From Actinomycetota bacterium (lineage in GTDB: Bacteria; Actinomycetota; Actinomycetes; Actinomycetales; Microbacteriaceae): a stretch of DNA of 64,000 nt. The stretch spans positions 37,620-101,619 of the forward strand of contig JAIUOH010000001.1 in NCBI GenBank assembly GCA_020161315.1. Direction: 5' to 3'. A program made the translations under genes and the position numbers. How positions within the stretch are numbered: the first letter of the stretch is position 1; every line of letters begins with the position of its first letter. The notes below the pieces were generated by a model. The model saw only the letters and a list, made by a program, of their open reading frames with translations. It ran no database searches and was not told where the DNA came from. Shown here piece after piece: positions 45,754 to 56,205 of the stretch.

Positions 45754-46479
45754 TCAGGTTGAGCCTACTGTGTGCGCCCACACGACGAGCTGCACGCGAT
45801 CTCTCGCGCCGATCTTCTGCAGCAGATTCGACACGTGCGTCTTCACGGTTGCCTCACCCAGAAATAGCTCGCCGGCGATCTCGCCGTTCGAATGCCCGAG
45901 CGCGATGAGCGAAAGCACTTCGCGCTCGCGTTCGGTGAGGCCGGCTGCGTCGAGCGCCCCGGAATTCGAGAGCACGCGCCTCGGTTCAGTGTGCACGGTA
46001 GCATCGGCACCGGGTGCGCTCGCCGCGTCGTTTGACAGTTCGGCGGCCCGCAGCATGACAGCGCGTGTGACATCTGGCCCAAGCAGCGCACCGCCATTCG
46101 CGAGCGTGCGTATCGCGTCGATCAGCTGCTCGGCTCGTGACGTCTTCAGCAGAAAGCCGCTTACCCCGGCAGCAAGAGCGTCAAACAGGTATTGCTGGTG
46201 CCCGAACGTTGTGAGCACGAGTATCGAAGGCAGGGCCTGAGTTTCGTTTGTGCTGGCTGCCGGCGGGGCGAGGATCAGACGGCTCGCCTCTAAGCCGTTC
46301 ATCACGGGCATTTCAACGTCCATGCAGATAACATCGGGCGTGAGGGTAGCAGCAAGCTGCACGGCTTCCTCGCCGTTTGCCGCCTCGCCCACGACCTCAA
46401 AATCGGGCTGAGTTTCGAGAATCACGCGAAACCCCGACCGCACGAGGGCCTGGTCGTCGACGAGTAGCACCCGGATCAT
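45754..46479 (-). CDS. NarL/LuxR-family response regulator
   Basis: IRVLLVDDQALVRSG, MDVEMP and LTEREREVL..ATVKTHVSNLL. Confidence 0.95.
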   Translation of the reverse strand: MIRVLLVDDQALVRSGFRVILETQPDFEVVGEAANGEEAVQLAATLTPDVICMDVEMPVMNGLEASRLILAPPAASTNETQALPSILVLTTFGHQQYLFDALAAGVSGFLLKTSRAEQLIDAIRTLANGGALLGPDVTRAVMLRAAELSNDAASAPGADATVHTEPRRVLSNSGALDAAGLTEREREVLSLIALGHSNGEIAGELFLGEATVKTHVSNLLQKIGARDRVQLVVWAHTVGST

Positions 46480-47909
46480 TGTTCGACGTCTTTCTGTGAG
46501 CCGTGTGCCGCGCCTGCGGCCGGTGGGTCTGCCGGTCTCAACGGCACGGTCGCCCGCACCATGAAGCCATTGGTGCCGGGGCCGCGCGCGGCGTCGCGAC
46601 GGCCCGACTCGAGTCGGCCCCCGACCGCGCCGAGGCGCTCGCGCATGCCGCGCAGCCCGAGGCCTGAAGACGCGCGGGTCGAAGCCGGCAGATGCGAGGT
46701 CGAGGCACCGTCGGTCTTTTGGGCCTCGTCGGTGCCGCTAGCGCCGCCAGCGCGGCTCGCATTGACCCTGCCGCCCGTGCCGCCGCCAAGGGTCTGACGC
46801 ACCCCGTTGTCGGTAACCTCGAGCTCTACGCGATCCTCACCAAACCTCAATCTGACCTCTGCGATCGCACCCCTGCCCGCGTGCTTGCGCACGTTTGTCA
46901 GTGCCTCTTGTGCAACGCGGTAGAGCGCGACGTCGACGAGCAACGGCAGCGCCCGCGGCTCACCCGCGACGATCAGCGTAGTGGGGGTGCCCGATGACTG
47001 TGCCTCGGTGACAAGCGCGGGCAGGCGGGCAACGCCGACGGTCGACCCGGGCTCGTCGGCCTCTGGCGTGCGTAGCGTGTGCACGAGCTCTCGCAGCTCA
47101 CTGACGGCGGTGTGTGCGCTTTCTTCGACCACCTCAAGAGCCTGCTTTGCGGCGGCGGGGTCGCGGTCGAGCGACATGCGCGCGGCGGCGGCTTGCAACC
47201 CCATGACTGAAACGTGGTGTGCGACCACGTCGTGCAGTTCGCGCGCGATGCCGAGCCGATCGAGCGCAACGGCTTGCGCGGCGCTCGTGCGGCGCTCGTC
47301 TTCGAGTTCGCGCCCCTGCGCCTCGAGCACAGCCCGCATGTGTGCAGCGCGCCACGAGTTCAGCCCAAAGAACAGCGCGCCCGAGAAATAGAACAGGTTC
47401 GTGATGATCTGGATGGTTGCGAACGTGGCGAACGCCGAGAAGAGCCCGGCGCGAGAGACCCCGGGCATCCAGTCGGGGTCAGACGAAGAGATGATGAGCG
47501 AGATGACGAGCCACGCGACCATTGCGACGGCGATGACAATCAGGCTCGAGATTGCGAGAGTGCGGCGCGACTCCCAGGCACCGACCGTGTACAGCGCAAT
47601 GAAGAAGCCGATGTTGATAATCAGACCTTCAGGCACCGCGAACTGCCCGCACACAAAGAACCCGATTGCGACGGCAATAGCAACCGGCACGGGGTGGCGA
47701 CGGCGCAGCGCAAGCGGCAGCGTGCAGAGTCCGAGGCCCACGACCCATACCCAGATCGGGGCGACCTCGTTGTACATGCCGGTGCGCTGAAAAAGCAGCG
47801 ATGTGGTGACGGCGCCGAGCGCCAGCAACCCCGCGAGCATCGCATCGGCGCGCAGCATCGCGCTGGTTGCGCGGGGGCGCACCCACCCGAGTTCAGTTGA
47901 TCGCGTCAT
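46476..47909 (-). CDS. Sensor histidine kinase (HisKA_3)
   Basis: IARELHDVVAHH, QEALTNVRKHA, DNG and GLGLRGMRER motifs. Confidence 0.93.
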   Translation of the reverse strand: MTRSTELGWVRPRATSAMLRADAMLAGLLALGAVTTSLLFQRTGMYNEVAPIWVWVVGLGLCTLPLALRRRHPVPVAIAVAIGFFVCGQFAVPEGLIINIGFFIALYTVGAWESRRTLAISSLIVIAVAMVAWLVISLIISSSDPDWMPGVSRAGLFSAFATFATIQIITNLFYFSGALFFGLNSWRAAHMRAVLEAQGRELEDERRTSAAQAVALDRLGIARELHDVVAHHVSVMGLQAAAARMSLDRDPAAAKQALEVVEESAHTAVSELRELVHTLRTPEADEPGSTVGVARLPALVTEAQSSGTPTTLIVAGEPRALPLLVDVALYRVAQEALTNVRKHAGRGAIAEVRLRFGEDRVELEVTDNGVRQTLGGGTGGRVNASRAGGASGTDEAQKTDGASTSHLPASTRASSGLGLRGMRERLGAVGGRLESGRRDAARGPGTNGFMVRATVPLRPADPPAAGAAHGSQKDVEQ

Positions 47910-48057
47910 GTGTTTAAGGCTAGCTATTGCCACCGACACTTGCCTCATTCGCAAGGGGGAGCGAGGATCCCGCTGCGGGCACCGGGCTTCAGTCTTGAGG
48001 GGGATTTGCAGTGTCGGTGCTCGTCAGTAGCGTGGTGGTACAGGAAAGGCAGGCAGC

Positions 48058-48999
48058 ATGATCGAGCTACACAGCATTACTCGCAGCTTCGGCGATCGGC
48101 GAGTGCTCGAAGACGTGACGTTTAGTGTCGCGGGCGGGCGCATGACCGGCTTCGTCGGCGGCAACGGTGCGGGCAAGACTACAACCATGCGCATCATTCT
48201 TGGAGTGCTCGCGCAGGGCTCGGGCACTGTCACGCTCGACGGGCAAGCGATCACGGTGGGCGACCGATCGCGCTTTGGTTACATGCCAGAAGAGCGCGGG
48301 CTCTACCCCAAGATGAAGGTCGCCGAGCAGCTGGTCTACCTTGGCAAACTGCACGGGCTGAGCGCGGTCGCAGCGAAGGGTGAGGTTGACGACCTGCTTG
48401 AGCGACTTGGCCTCACTGAGCGGGCGAACGACACCCTCGAGAGCCTCTCGCTCGGCAACCAGCAGCGCGCGCAGATTGCCGCAGCCCTCGTGCACCGCCC
48501 CATCGCGCTCGTGCTCGATGAGCCGTTCTCGGGGCTCGACCCGATGGCGGTTGACGTGGTGCTCGGCGTGCTGCGCGACTACGCCGCGCAGGGAGTGCCC
48601 GTGCTGTTCTCGTCGCATCAGCTCGACATTGTTGAGCGGCTTTGCGACGACGTCACCGTGATCGGGGGTGGGCGCATTCTCGCAACCGGGTCGCGTGAGG
48701 CACTGCGCGCCGAACACTCTGGGCGCGAGTTCGAGATCGAGCTTACGGGCGATGCGGCCGATGCCGGCTGGGTGCGCGATCAGGTGGGTATCACGCTCAC
48801 CCATCTCGACGGCGGTTACGCACGCTTTGAAGCAGAGAGCGATGCGGCGGCGCAAGCAGTGCTCGCCCGAGCGGTGGCGGGTTCGACACAGACACTCGAA
48901 GCACCCGGGGCCGTCGGATCCGCGGCAGTAACCCAGGTGCTGCGTTTTGGCAAACTGACCCCCTCGCTCGCTCAGATTTTTAAGGAGGTCGTGCAGTGA
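48058..48999 (+). CDS. ABC transporter ATP-binding protein
   Basis: GGNGAGKTT, LSLGNQQ, LDEPFSGLD and SSH motifs. Confidence 0.95.
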   Translation: MIELHSITRSFGDRRVLEDVTFSVAGGRMTGFVGGNGAGKTTTMRIILGVLAQGSGTVTLDGQAITVGDRSRFGYMPEERGLYPKMKVAEQLVYLGKLHGLSAVAAKGEVDDLLERLGLTERANDTLESLSLGNQQRAQIAAALVHRPIALVLDEPFSGLDPMAVDVVLGVLRDYAAQGVPVLFSSHQLDIVERLCDDVTVIGGGRILATGSREALRAEHSGREFEIELTGDAADAGWVRDQVGITLTHLDGGYARFEAESDAAAQAVLARAVAGSTQTLEAPGAVGSAAVTQVLRFGKLTPSLAQIFKEVVQ

Positions 49000-50150
49000 C
49001 CACGCAGCAGACTTCGCGGCACGCGGCACCCGTGATTGCTTCGCACACCAGGCAGCTTGGTGCCCCGCAGGCGGCCTGGCTCGTCGCCGAGCGTGAGATC
49101 AGCACCAAACTGCGCAGCAAGGCCTTTCTTATCTCGACCGGCGTGTTGCTGCTGCTCGTGCTCGGCGCGGTGCTTTTCAGCGGCATTGCCTCGAACGTGG
49201 GCGGTTTTGATGGGCCGACCAAGGTGGCGGTCGTTGCCGAGGCGGCCGAGGTGGGCGAGCAGCTAAGCCCGGACGCGTTTGAGGTAACCGAGGTGGCCAA
49301 CCGTGCCGCGGCAGAGCAGGCAGTGCTCGGTGAGAAAGTCGATGCTGCAATTGTGACGGGCGGCGAGGGGCCGATCGGGCTTACCGTGCTCGGCTCCGAC
49401 AGCACACCGATCGGTCTGGTGCAGGCGCTCTCGGCGACACCGCAGGTTGAGCTGCTCAACCCCACAACTGAGAACCCCATGCTCGCCTACTTCATCGCGA
49501 TCGCCTTCGGCATCGTGTTCATGATGAGCGCGATGACCTTCGGCACGACGATTGCGCAGAGCGTGGTCGAAGAGAAACAGACGCGCATCGTCGAGATTCT
49601 GTTGGCCACAGTATCTGCCCGCAGCATTCTCGCCGGCAAAATTCTCGGCAATAGCATTCTCGCGCTGGGGCAGGTGGTCGCGATCGCGGCGCTCACCTCG
49701 GTGGGCATGCTCGCGACAGGGCAAGACCTGCTGCTCGGCGAGCTCGGCACCGCGCTCATCTGGTTCGCGATTCTCTTCGCCTTCGGCTTCGTGCTGCTGG
49801 CCTCGCTCTACGCGGCGCTCGCCTCGCTCGTGTCGCGCCAAGAAGACGTGGCGTCTGCGGTGAGCCCCGTGATGTGGCTCGTGATGATTCCGTACATCGC
49901 GATCATCGTGTTCAACACCAACGTGAAGGTGCTCGCGATCATGAGCTACATTCCGTTCTCGGCACCCGTCGGCATGCCGATGCGACTCTACCTAGGTATC
50001 GCCGAGTGGTGGGAGCCGATTGTGTCGCTCGGCATTCTGTTCGCGTCGATCGCGGTTGTGTGGTGGCTCGGCGCGCGCATCTACGAGCGCTCGATTCTGC
50101 GCACTGGCGCAAAGGTCAAGCTGAAAGACGCGCTCACGGCAAAGGAGTAG
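48996..50150 (+). CDS. ABC-2 type permease (NatB/YhaP-like)
   Basis: VVEEKQTRIVEILL..LAGKILG; about 6 TMs. Confidence 0.9.
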   Translation: MTTQQTSRHAAPVIASHTRQLGAPQAAWLVAEREISTKLRSKAFLISTGVLLLLVLGAVLFSGIASNVGGFDGPTKVAVVAEAAEVGEQLSPDAFEVTEVANRAAAEQAVLGEKVDAAIVTGGEGPIGLTVLGSDSTPIGLVQALSATPQVELLNPTTENPMLAYFIAIAFGIVFMMSAMTFGTTIAQSVVEEKQTRIVEILLATVSARSILAGKILGNSILALGQVVAIAALTSVGMLATGQDLLLGELGTALIWFAILFAFGFVLLASLYAALASLVSRQEDVASAVSPVMWLVMIPYIAIIVFNTNVKVLAIMSYIPFSAPVGMPMRLYLGIAEWWEPIVSLGILFASIAVVWWLGARIYERSILRTGAKVKLKDALTAKE

Positions 50151-50187
50151 CGCTACGATCCTCGCCGTACCGCTGTGTGCAGCCGGG

Positions 50188-50550
50188 CTACTCGCGACCG
50201 CGCAGGCGGTCGATGTCGCGGCGGTCGCGTTTTGTCGGCCTGCCGGTCCCGCGGTCACGCGTCACCTCCATGGGGCGCTCGACTTTTGGTGGTGGCGGTG
50301 GTGTGAGGTCTTCGAAGAGGGTCGCAGCCTCGGCCGCGCTGCCGCGCCTGGTTGCGAGCGCAGCCACGCGGTAGATCTTCTCGAAGCCGTGCAGGCGCAC
50401 GCGCACCACATCGCCCTCGCTCACTTGCTGAGAGGGCTTCGCGGGTGCGTCGTTGACGCGCACATGACCGGCCTTGACCGCTGCGGTCGCCTGGCTACGT
50501 GTCTTTGCAAGGCGCACCGCCCAGACCCACGCATCAACTCGAACAGGCAT
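50188..50550 (-). CDS. hslR: S4-domain RNA-binding protein (Hsp15-like)
   Basis: RVDAWVWAVRLAKTRS..GHVRVN and RGTGRPTKRDRR motifs. Confidence 0.9.
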   Translation of the reverse strand: MPVRVDAWVWAVRLAKTRSQATAAVKAGHVRVNDAPAKPSQQVSEGDVVRVRLHGFEKIYRVAALATRRGSAAEAATLFEDLTPPPPPKVERPMEVTRDRGTGRPTKRDRRDIDRLRGRE

Positions 50551-50610
50551 GCACCGAGCATACTGCGCGGGCCGGCCGGGGCGATGCGCGCCCAAGCCGG
50601 GCAGAATGGT

Positions 50611-51237
50611 GTGGTGGAGTACCAGACCATCGCGAAGCCCGCGACCGCAGAGCTCGAAATCTCGCGCTCACGGTTTCTGACGCGCCTCGAGCGGGTCGAG
50701 TCAGAGGCCGATGCCCGGGCGGTGATCGCGAGCGTCAAAGACGAGCACCCGCGAGCGCGCCACCATTGCAGTGCGTTTGTGCTCGGCCCTGACGGGCGCA
50801 CGCAACGCTCAAACGACGATGGTGAGCCGAGCGGCACGGCTGGCGCGCCGATGCTCGACGCCCTCACGAGTGCGGGCCTCAGCGACGTGGTCGCGGTCGT
50901 GACCAGGTATTTTGGTGGGGTGCTGCTCGGGGCCGGCGGCCTCACCAGAGCCTACCGCGCGGCCGTGGCAGAGGCGGTGGTAGGTGCTGAGCGCGTCACG
51001 AGGGCTGAACGGCAGACGGTGGCGATCCTCGCCCCGTACGATGTTGCGGCGCAGCTCGAAGCCGAGGCTCGCCGTCGCGGCTGGCGCGTCGGCGACGCAC
51101 GCTACGGTGAGGCGGTCGAGCGCGACTTCGCGGTCGCCGAGTGCGATGTCGAGGCGCTGCGCGCGGTCGCCGCCGAGCTGAGCGCTGGTGCAGCGCAGGT
51201 CACGCTTGGAGATGTGGCGTACGTCGATCTGGCGTGA
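50611..51237 (+). CDS. YigZ/IMPACT family protein
   Basis: SRSRF, ARHHC, DDGEPSGTAG and VTRYFGGVLLGAGGL motifs. Confidence 0.93.
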   Translation: MVEYQTIAKPATAELEISRSRFLTRLERVESEADARAVIASVKDEHPRARHHCSAFVLGPDGRTQRSNDDGEPSGTAGAPMLDALTSAGLSDVVAVVTRYFGGVLLGAGGLTRAYRAAVAEAVVGAERVTRAERQTVAILAPYDVAAQLEAEARRRGWRVGDARYGEAVERDFAVAECDVEALRAVAAELSAGAAQVTLGDVAYVDLA

Positions 51238-51859
51238 ATCGGCGCCGCGACCACCACACGACGAGCAGTGAGACCAGCAAGAAAGTCACGGCGATCAGGG
51301 CGACGTAGAAAGCGACCGCACCGTAGCCCTGATTCGGGTTGAGAAACGGGTAGGGCACCCAGCCATCGGTTGCGCCGCGAACGAGCACGACGACCACCCA
51401 GGCGATCGGGTAGACCAACTGCAGCAGTGCAAGGCGCCAGGGCAGCGGCTCGCGATCCCGCGCGAAGGCCCAGTCGATGGCGACGAGGATCGGCCCACCG
51501 TAGTGCATCACCCAGTTCGCCCAGGGCACTGGCGCTCCGCCCTCCAGACCGAGCGGCGCGAGCAGGGTGGCGTAGACGACGCCGACGATCACCATGCAGA
51601 CGGTTGCGAGGCTGCGCAGGGCCACGACCCAGCGCGCCTGCGGCCCGCCGCGCATGAACCCTGCGATGCCAGCAATCGCCGCCACAATCGTGAGGATGGT
51701 GTTTGACTGAATCGTGAAGTAGCCAAAGAAATTGAACGGGTTCACCGGCCCCCGCGATGCCGTCTCGACGTAGGTTACGACGATTGCGATAAGCGTGACT
51801 GCCGCCCAGAGCGTGCGAGCAGACGCGAGGGCGGGCCTCGCCCATGAGGTGTTGTTCAC
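51200..51859 (-). CDS. Pr6Pr-family membrane protein
   Basis: FFGYFTIQSN, H..P and GWVPYPFLNP motifs. Confidence 0.85.
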   Translation of the reverse strand: MNNTSWARPALASARTLWAAVTLIAIVVTYVETASRGPVNPFNFFGYFTIQSNTILTIVAAIAGIAGFMRGGPQARWVVALRSLATVCMVIVGVVYATLLAPLGLEGGAPVPWANWVMHYGGPILVAIDWAFARDREPLPWRLALLQLVYPIAWVVVVLVRGATDGWVPYPFLNPNQGYGAVAFYVALIAVTFLLVSLLVVWWSRRRFTPDRRTPHLQA

Positions 51860-51893
51860 AGGCTCAGCGTAGCCGATGCTGCACCGAGCGATG

Positions 51894-51935
51894 CCGCTGG
51901 TCTCGGCCCCCGCGAACGAGTGCCGAGACCAGCGG
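51894..51935 (-). terminator. Hairpin after the polyamine ABC operon
   Basis: CCGCTGGTCTCGGC / GCCGAGACCAGCGG 14-bp stem. Confidence 0.75.
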
Positions 51936-51939
51936 TGGC

Positions 51940-53130
51940 TCAGGTACTGGATTCACCAGCTTCGCCCGTATCGACAAGCAACACTCCCGCATCGATATCC
52001 CAAACCATCGAGACGTGGTCGCCGCGGTTGTGAATCCTTGCCTCCTGGCCGAGCCGCACGGCACCCTCGGTGCCGTCAGGTAGCCGCACCGTGTAGCGGC
52101 GCGATGCGCCGAGGTAGGTGACGTCTGTGATGGTGACCGGAACCGAGTTGCGTTCAGTAGTGGCCTCGACGCCCGCCGGCTCGAGCCTGAGATTCTCTGG
52201 TCGAATCAGGATCGCGAGATGTTGCTGGGCGAACTGCCCGTTTGCGATCACCTGATGGCCGGCTACAGAGATAGCCGTCTGCCGGTCTCCGAGCGGGGTG
52301 CCCGCGCCGAGTAGCACAGTAGATTCGCCGAGAAAGCGGCCCACGAACAGGGTCTGTGGCGCCTCGTAGAGGTCTTCCGAGGTGCCGACCTGCTCGATCT
52401 TGCCGTTGTTGAACACTGCGATTCGATCTGACATCGACAGGGCTTCTTCTTGATCGTGCGTCACGTACACAAAGGTGGATCCCACTTCTCGGTGAATACG
52501 CTTGATCTCAGTCTGCAGCCATTCCCGCAGCTTCTTGTCGAGCGCCCCGAGCGGCTCGTCCATGAGTAGCACGCGGGGTTCATAGACGAGAGCACGGGCG
52601 AGCGCCACTCGCTGCTGCTGTCCTCCAGAGAGCTCCGAGGGGTAGCGATCACCGTAGTCACCCATGCGGACCATCGCGAGTGCGTCTTTCACTCTGCGCT
52701 TCTGCTCGTCTTTCGACAGCTTTCTGCGCTGTAGCGGGTAGGCGATATTCTCCATGACCGTCTTATGGGGAAACAGTGCGTAGTTCTGAAACACCATGCC
52801 GATGTCGCGCTTGTGCGGGGGTAGCTTTGCCACTGGCTTGCCATAGATATGCAGGAGCCCGTCATCGACCGAGGTGAAACCGGCGATCATGTTGAGGGTG
52901 GTGGTCTTACCTGAACCAGAGGGGCCAAGAAAGGTCATGAACTCACCGGGCTCGATTACCAGATCGATCGCATCGACCACGGTGTTCTCGCCGTAGCGTT
53001 TGGTGACCTGGTTGAGGCTGATGCCAGCTTCGCCGATCACGTGGATCGTTGAAGTGTTCAGGCCCTCGGCACGCAGCTCTTGCTCGTGTTCGCCCGGCAG
53101 AGGGGTCGGGTCATTCGTCATGGTGTTCAC
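51940..53130 (-). CDS. Polyamine ABC transporter ATP-binding subunit (PotA-like)
   Basis: GPSGSGKTT, VFQNYALFPH, LSGGQQQR, DEPLGALD; TOBE-like tail. Confidence 0.93.
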   Translation of the reverse strand: MNTMTNDPTPLPGEHEQELRAEGLNTSTIHVIGEAGISLNQVTKRYGENTVVDAIDLVIEPGEFMTFLGPSGSGKTTTLNMIAGFTSVDDGLLHIYGKPVAKLPPHKRDIGMVFQNYALFPHKTVMENIAYPLQRRKLSKDEQKRRVKDALAMVRMGDYGDRYPSELSGGQQQRVALARALVYEPRVLLMDEPLGALDKKLREWLQTEIKRIHREVGSTFVYVTHDQEEALSMSDRIAVFNNGKIEQVGTSEDLYEAPQTLFVGRFLGESTVLLGAGTPLGDRQTAISVAGHQVIANGQFAQQHLAILIRPENLRLEPAGVEATTERNSVPVTITDVTYLGASRRYTVRLPDGTEGAVRLGQEARIHNRGDHVSMVWDIDAGVLLVDTGEAGESST

Positions 53131-53912
53131 GCGACAGGTCGCTTTCTCTTGCGTGTGGCGAACTGCGCGATGAGCATGACGACCACTGACGTGAGCATCG
53201 TGATCACCGCGACCGCTGCCACCGTCGGGTCATTGGTCTGTGTCACACTGTTGAAAATTTTCACCGGCAGTGTCTGTAGAGCCGGTGATTGTATGAACAG
53301 GGAAAGGATCACTTCGTCGAACGAAGTGACGAACGCGAACAGTGCGCCGGCGGTCACCCCCGGCGCGATGAGCGGAAGGGTGATGCTGAAGAATGTGCGA
53401 AGCCTTCCTGCGCCTAGGCTCGCCGAAGCCTGCTCAAGCCGCGGGTCGAGGCCCTGCATTGATGCCATTACGTTCGTGATGACTAGCGGCATCGCCACGA
53501 TGGTGTGCGCGAGCACGAAACCTGGCAGGGTGCCGAGCAGGTTGAATCTGAGAAACAGTGAGTAGAGTCCCACCGCAAGCACGATGCCAGGCACGATGAG
53601 CGGAAGTAGGAAGTAGCCCTCGGCCAGCCCCTTGCCACGAAACTTTACCTTCGAGAGCCCCGTCGCGGCCATCACACCGATGGCGGTTGCGACCACCATA
53701 GTGAGCACCGCGACCTGCAGCGAGGCCCCGAGCGCCTTCAGCCAGTTCGGGTCGGTAAAGAAATTCTCGTACCAGCGGGTCGAAAAGCCTTTTGGCGGGA
53801 AGTTGAAAGAGGGTGCTTCGTTGAACGACATCGGGATGATTACGAGCGTTGGCACGATCAACCAGATCACGATCAACACGGCGAACACGCCGAGCAAACG
53901 TTTTGTCGTCAT
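53127..53912 (-). CDS. Polyamine ABC permease (PotC-like)
   Basis: GFSTRWY, EQASASLGA (EAA loop) and SFDEV motifs. Confidence 0.92.
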   Translation of the reverse strand: MTTKRLLGVFAVLIVIWLIVPTLVIIPMSFNEAPSFNFPPKGFSTRWYENFFTDPNWLKALGASLQVAVLTMVVATAIGVMAATGLSKVKFRGKGLAEGYFLLPLIVPGIVLAVGLYSLFLRFNLLGTLPGFVLAHTIVAMPLVITNVMASMQGLDPRLEQASASLGAGRLRTFFSITLPLIAPGVTAGALFAFVTSFDEVILSLFIQSPALQTLPVKIFNSVTQTNDPTVAAVAVITMLTSVVVMLIAQFATRKRKRPVA

Positions 53913-54832
53913 CAGCGATCCACCCCCGGAAACAGGCTGCCGCCTCTATTGAATCGTGACACAACTATGAGAATGAGAATCGTGCACACGAGAAGGAAGA
54001 TGCCGAGTGCGGTGCCCTGTCCCCACATCAAGAACACGCTGATCTGCTGTTGAATGAGCGCAGAGATCATAGATTCCTTCGAGGATCCCAGCAGTGCGGG
54101 GATGATGTAGAAGCCGAGGCCGAGAATGAACACGGTCACCCCACCCGAGAAGATGCCAGGTCGAGACAGAGGCAGGTAGACCGTGAAGAACGCCGTCACG
54201 GGGTTTGCGCCGAGGTTCGAGGCAGCAGGGAGCAGGCGCTTATCGATTTTTGCCATCGATGAGTACAGCGGCAACACCATGAATGGTAGGAGCACCTGCG
54301 ACATACCCAGCGCCACACCGAAAGTGGTTCGAATCAGCGGAATCGGGCCGATCCCAAACCACGCCATCAGGAGGCCATTGATGGGGCCGGTGTCTTGCAG
54401 CAATACCATCCAGGCCAGGGTGCGAACGAGGATCGAAGTCCATAGTGGCATCATGATGAACAACTGCATCAGGTTTCGCGTACGATCCGACACAATCGTC
54501 ATCAGGTAGGCGTACGGGTATGCGAGGAGCAGGCACACCAGGGTGACGACGATTGCGGTGACGAATGTTCGCACCACGACATTGATGTTCGCTTCCGTTG
54601 TGAACAGCCAGACATAGTTTTGAACGCCGGGCTTCGGATCGGTGATCGAGCGGATGAACACATCGATCAGGGGAGCCAGGAAGAACAGCGAGACGATCAC
54701 GAACGCTGGTATGAGAAGCAGAAGCGGTCGCCAATTGCCCAAGGACCGACGACGCCCCACCCCTCCAGCATCCGCACCGAGGGCGATAGCCTGTGTCGAC
54801 TGATCTCCCTCGGTGACGATGTTGTTCATCAT
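53912..54832 (-). CDS. Polyamine ABC permease (PotB-like)
   Basis: PLWTSILVRTLAW, LPFMVLPLY and AASNLGA motifs. Confidence 0.92.
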   Translation of the reverse strand: MMNNIVTEGDQSTQAIALGADAGGVGRRRSLGNWRPLLLLIPAFVIVSLFFLAPLIDVFIRSITDPKPGVQNYVWLFTTEANINVVVRTFVTAIVVTLVCLLLAYPYAYLMTIVSDRTRNLMQLFIMMPLWTSILVRTLAWMVLLQDTGPINGLLMAWFGIGPIPLIRTTFGVALGMSQVLLPFMVLPLYSSMAKIDKRLLPAASNLGANPVTAFFTVYLPLSRPGIFSGGVTVFILGLGFYIIPALLGSSKESMISALIQQQISVFLMWGQGTALGIFLLVCTILILIVVSRFNRGGSLFPGVDR

Positions 54833-54837
54833 GGCGT

Positions 54838-55965
54838 TCAGCTACCGGTGGCCCAGCTAGCCCAGGCGGTTGCCAGTGCGTCGTAGTTCTCTACCCAGAA
54901 GTCGACATTGGGTGCAATTCCTGTGTCGAGGTGGTCGGTGGTCATCCAGGTGGAGAGAGTCTCATCGAGCTTCGGCTTCGCATCGACGTTCACCGGACCA
55001 TACGACGTCAGCTCAGTCATCTTGGCCTGCTGCTCGGCCCCGATCGAGTAGTTCACTGCGGCGAACGCGGCTTGCTTGTCTTTCACGCCCTTCGGAATGC
55101 CGTTCGAGTCGACCATGATCATCCACTGATCCCACATCGGAGCAACCGGGGCACCCGCTGCTGCGGCACCGTACCCGCGACCAGACCACACTAGGCCCAT
55201 GACGGCCTCGCCCGACTCGAGCTGCTGCTGTGCCTGAGCGCCGGTCGTCCAACCGATCACGTCATCGCCGAGCTCTCGGTACATGTCGAACGCCGTATCA
55301 ATGTCGTCCGTGGTGATGTTCTTCACGTCCTTCCCCTGGGCCGTGAGCGCGAACTCGACGGTCTGCGGGTCAACGTACGTCGACTGGCTGACGGTGCGCT
55401 TGCCGGGGAACTTTTTGGTGTCGAAGAAGTCGGCCGCGCTGGTGGGCGGGTTGTCGCCAAACTTGTCGGTGTTGTAGACGACCACGAGGCCGTACAAGAT
55501 CTGCGGCACCATGCACTTGTCGGTGATGGTTCCCTCGGGAATCTTCGAAGTGTCGATCTGCGAGTAGTCGTACTCTTCGTAGAGCGTGCCGCAACCACGT
55601 GCGGTGTCGAACTGTGTTGCGTTGACGATGTCCCAGCTGACATTTCCGCTATCGACCATCGCTTTGAGCTTGCCCGCGTCGAATGCATCTTGCAAGAAGG
55701 TCGCACCTGAAGCCTTGGCAAACGGATCCCAGAGTGCTTCGGTCTGGCCGTCTTGGAAGATGCCGCCAGACCCTGCGAAGGTCAGAGTAACGCCATCGAG
55801 CGCTCCTGCCTTCACCTCGCCGGCGACGGGCGTACCGAGATCGCGCTCGGGCTGCGCCTGCTCGGGAGCGCTTCCGCTGCAAGCGGTGAGCAGCAGCGCG
55901 AGCACCGCCCCTCCGGTAGCCAGCGCGATGCCGCGGCGGCGGGCTGAGTGTTGAATATTGAACAT
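54838..55965 (-). CDS. Polyamine ABC substrate-binding lipoprotein (PotD-like)
   Basis: LTAC lipobox; KLKAMVDSGNVSWD and DFFDTKKFPGKR. Confidence 0.9.
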   Translation of the reverse strand: MFNIQHSARRRGIALATGGAVLALLLTACSGSAPEQAQPERDLGTPVAGEVKAGALDGVTLTFAGSGGIFQDGQTEALWDPFAKASGATFLQDAFDAGKLKAMVDSGNVSWDIVNATQFDTARGCGTLYEEYDYSQIDTSKIPEGTITDKCMVPQILYGLVVVYNTDKFGDNPPTSAADFFDTKKFPGKRTVSQSTYVDPQTVEFALTAQGKDVKNITTDDIDTAFDMYRELGDDVIGWTTGAQAQQQLESGEAVMGLVWSGRGYGAAAAGAPVAPMWDQWMIMVDSNGIPKGVKDKQAAFAAVNYSIGAEQQAKMTELTSYGPVNVDAKPKLDETLSTWMTTDHLDTGIAPNVDFWVENYDALATAWASWATGS

Positions 55966-56205
55966 GAATTACCTCACTCCTTTGTGCTAGGTAGCACTGA
56001 AGGTAGCAGGGGCCCGGGGTCCAGAGAGGGGTTCGGTTACGTTTTTGTTATCGGTCTCGTCGACTTTCATAGCTTCGTATGGGGTCTTCCGACGGCATAG
56101 TACAAACATAAGGAATCGGGTGTTCTGCCTCTTTTGCGCACGACATAGTCGCAGCCGGAACTTACGATGGTTGCTACGTCATTGACAGTTCAAGGAGGAA
56201 CGCCC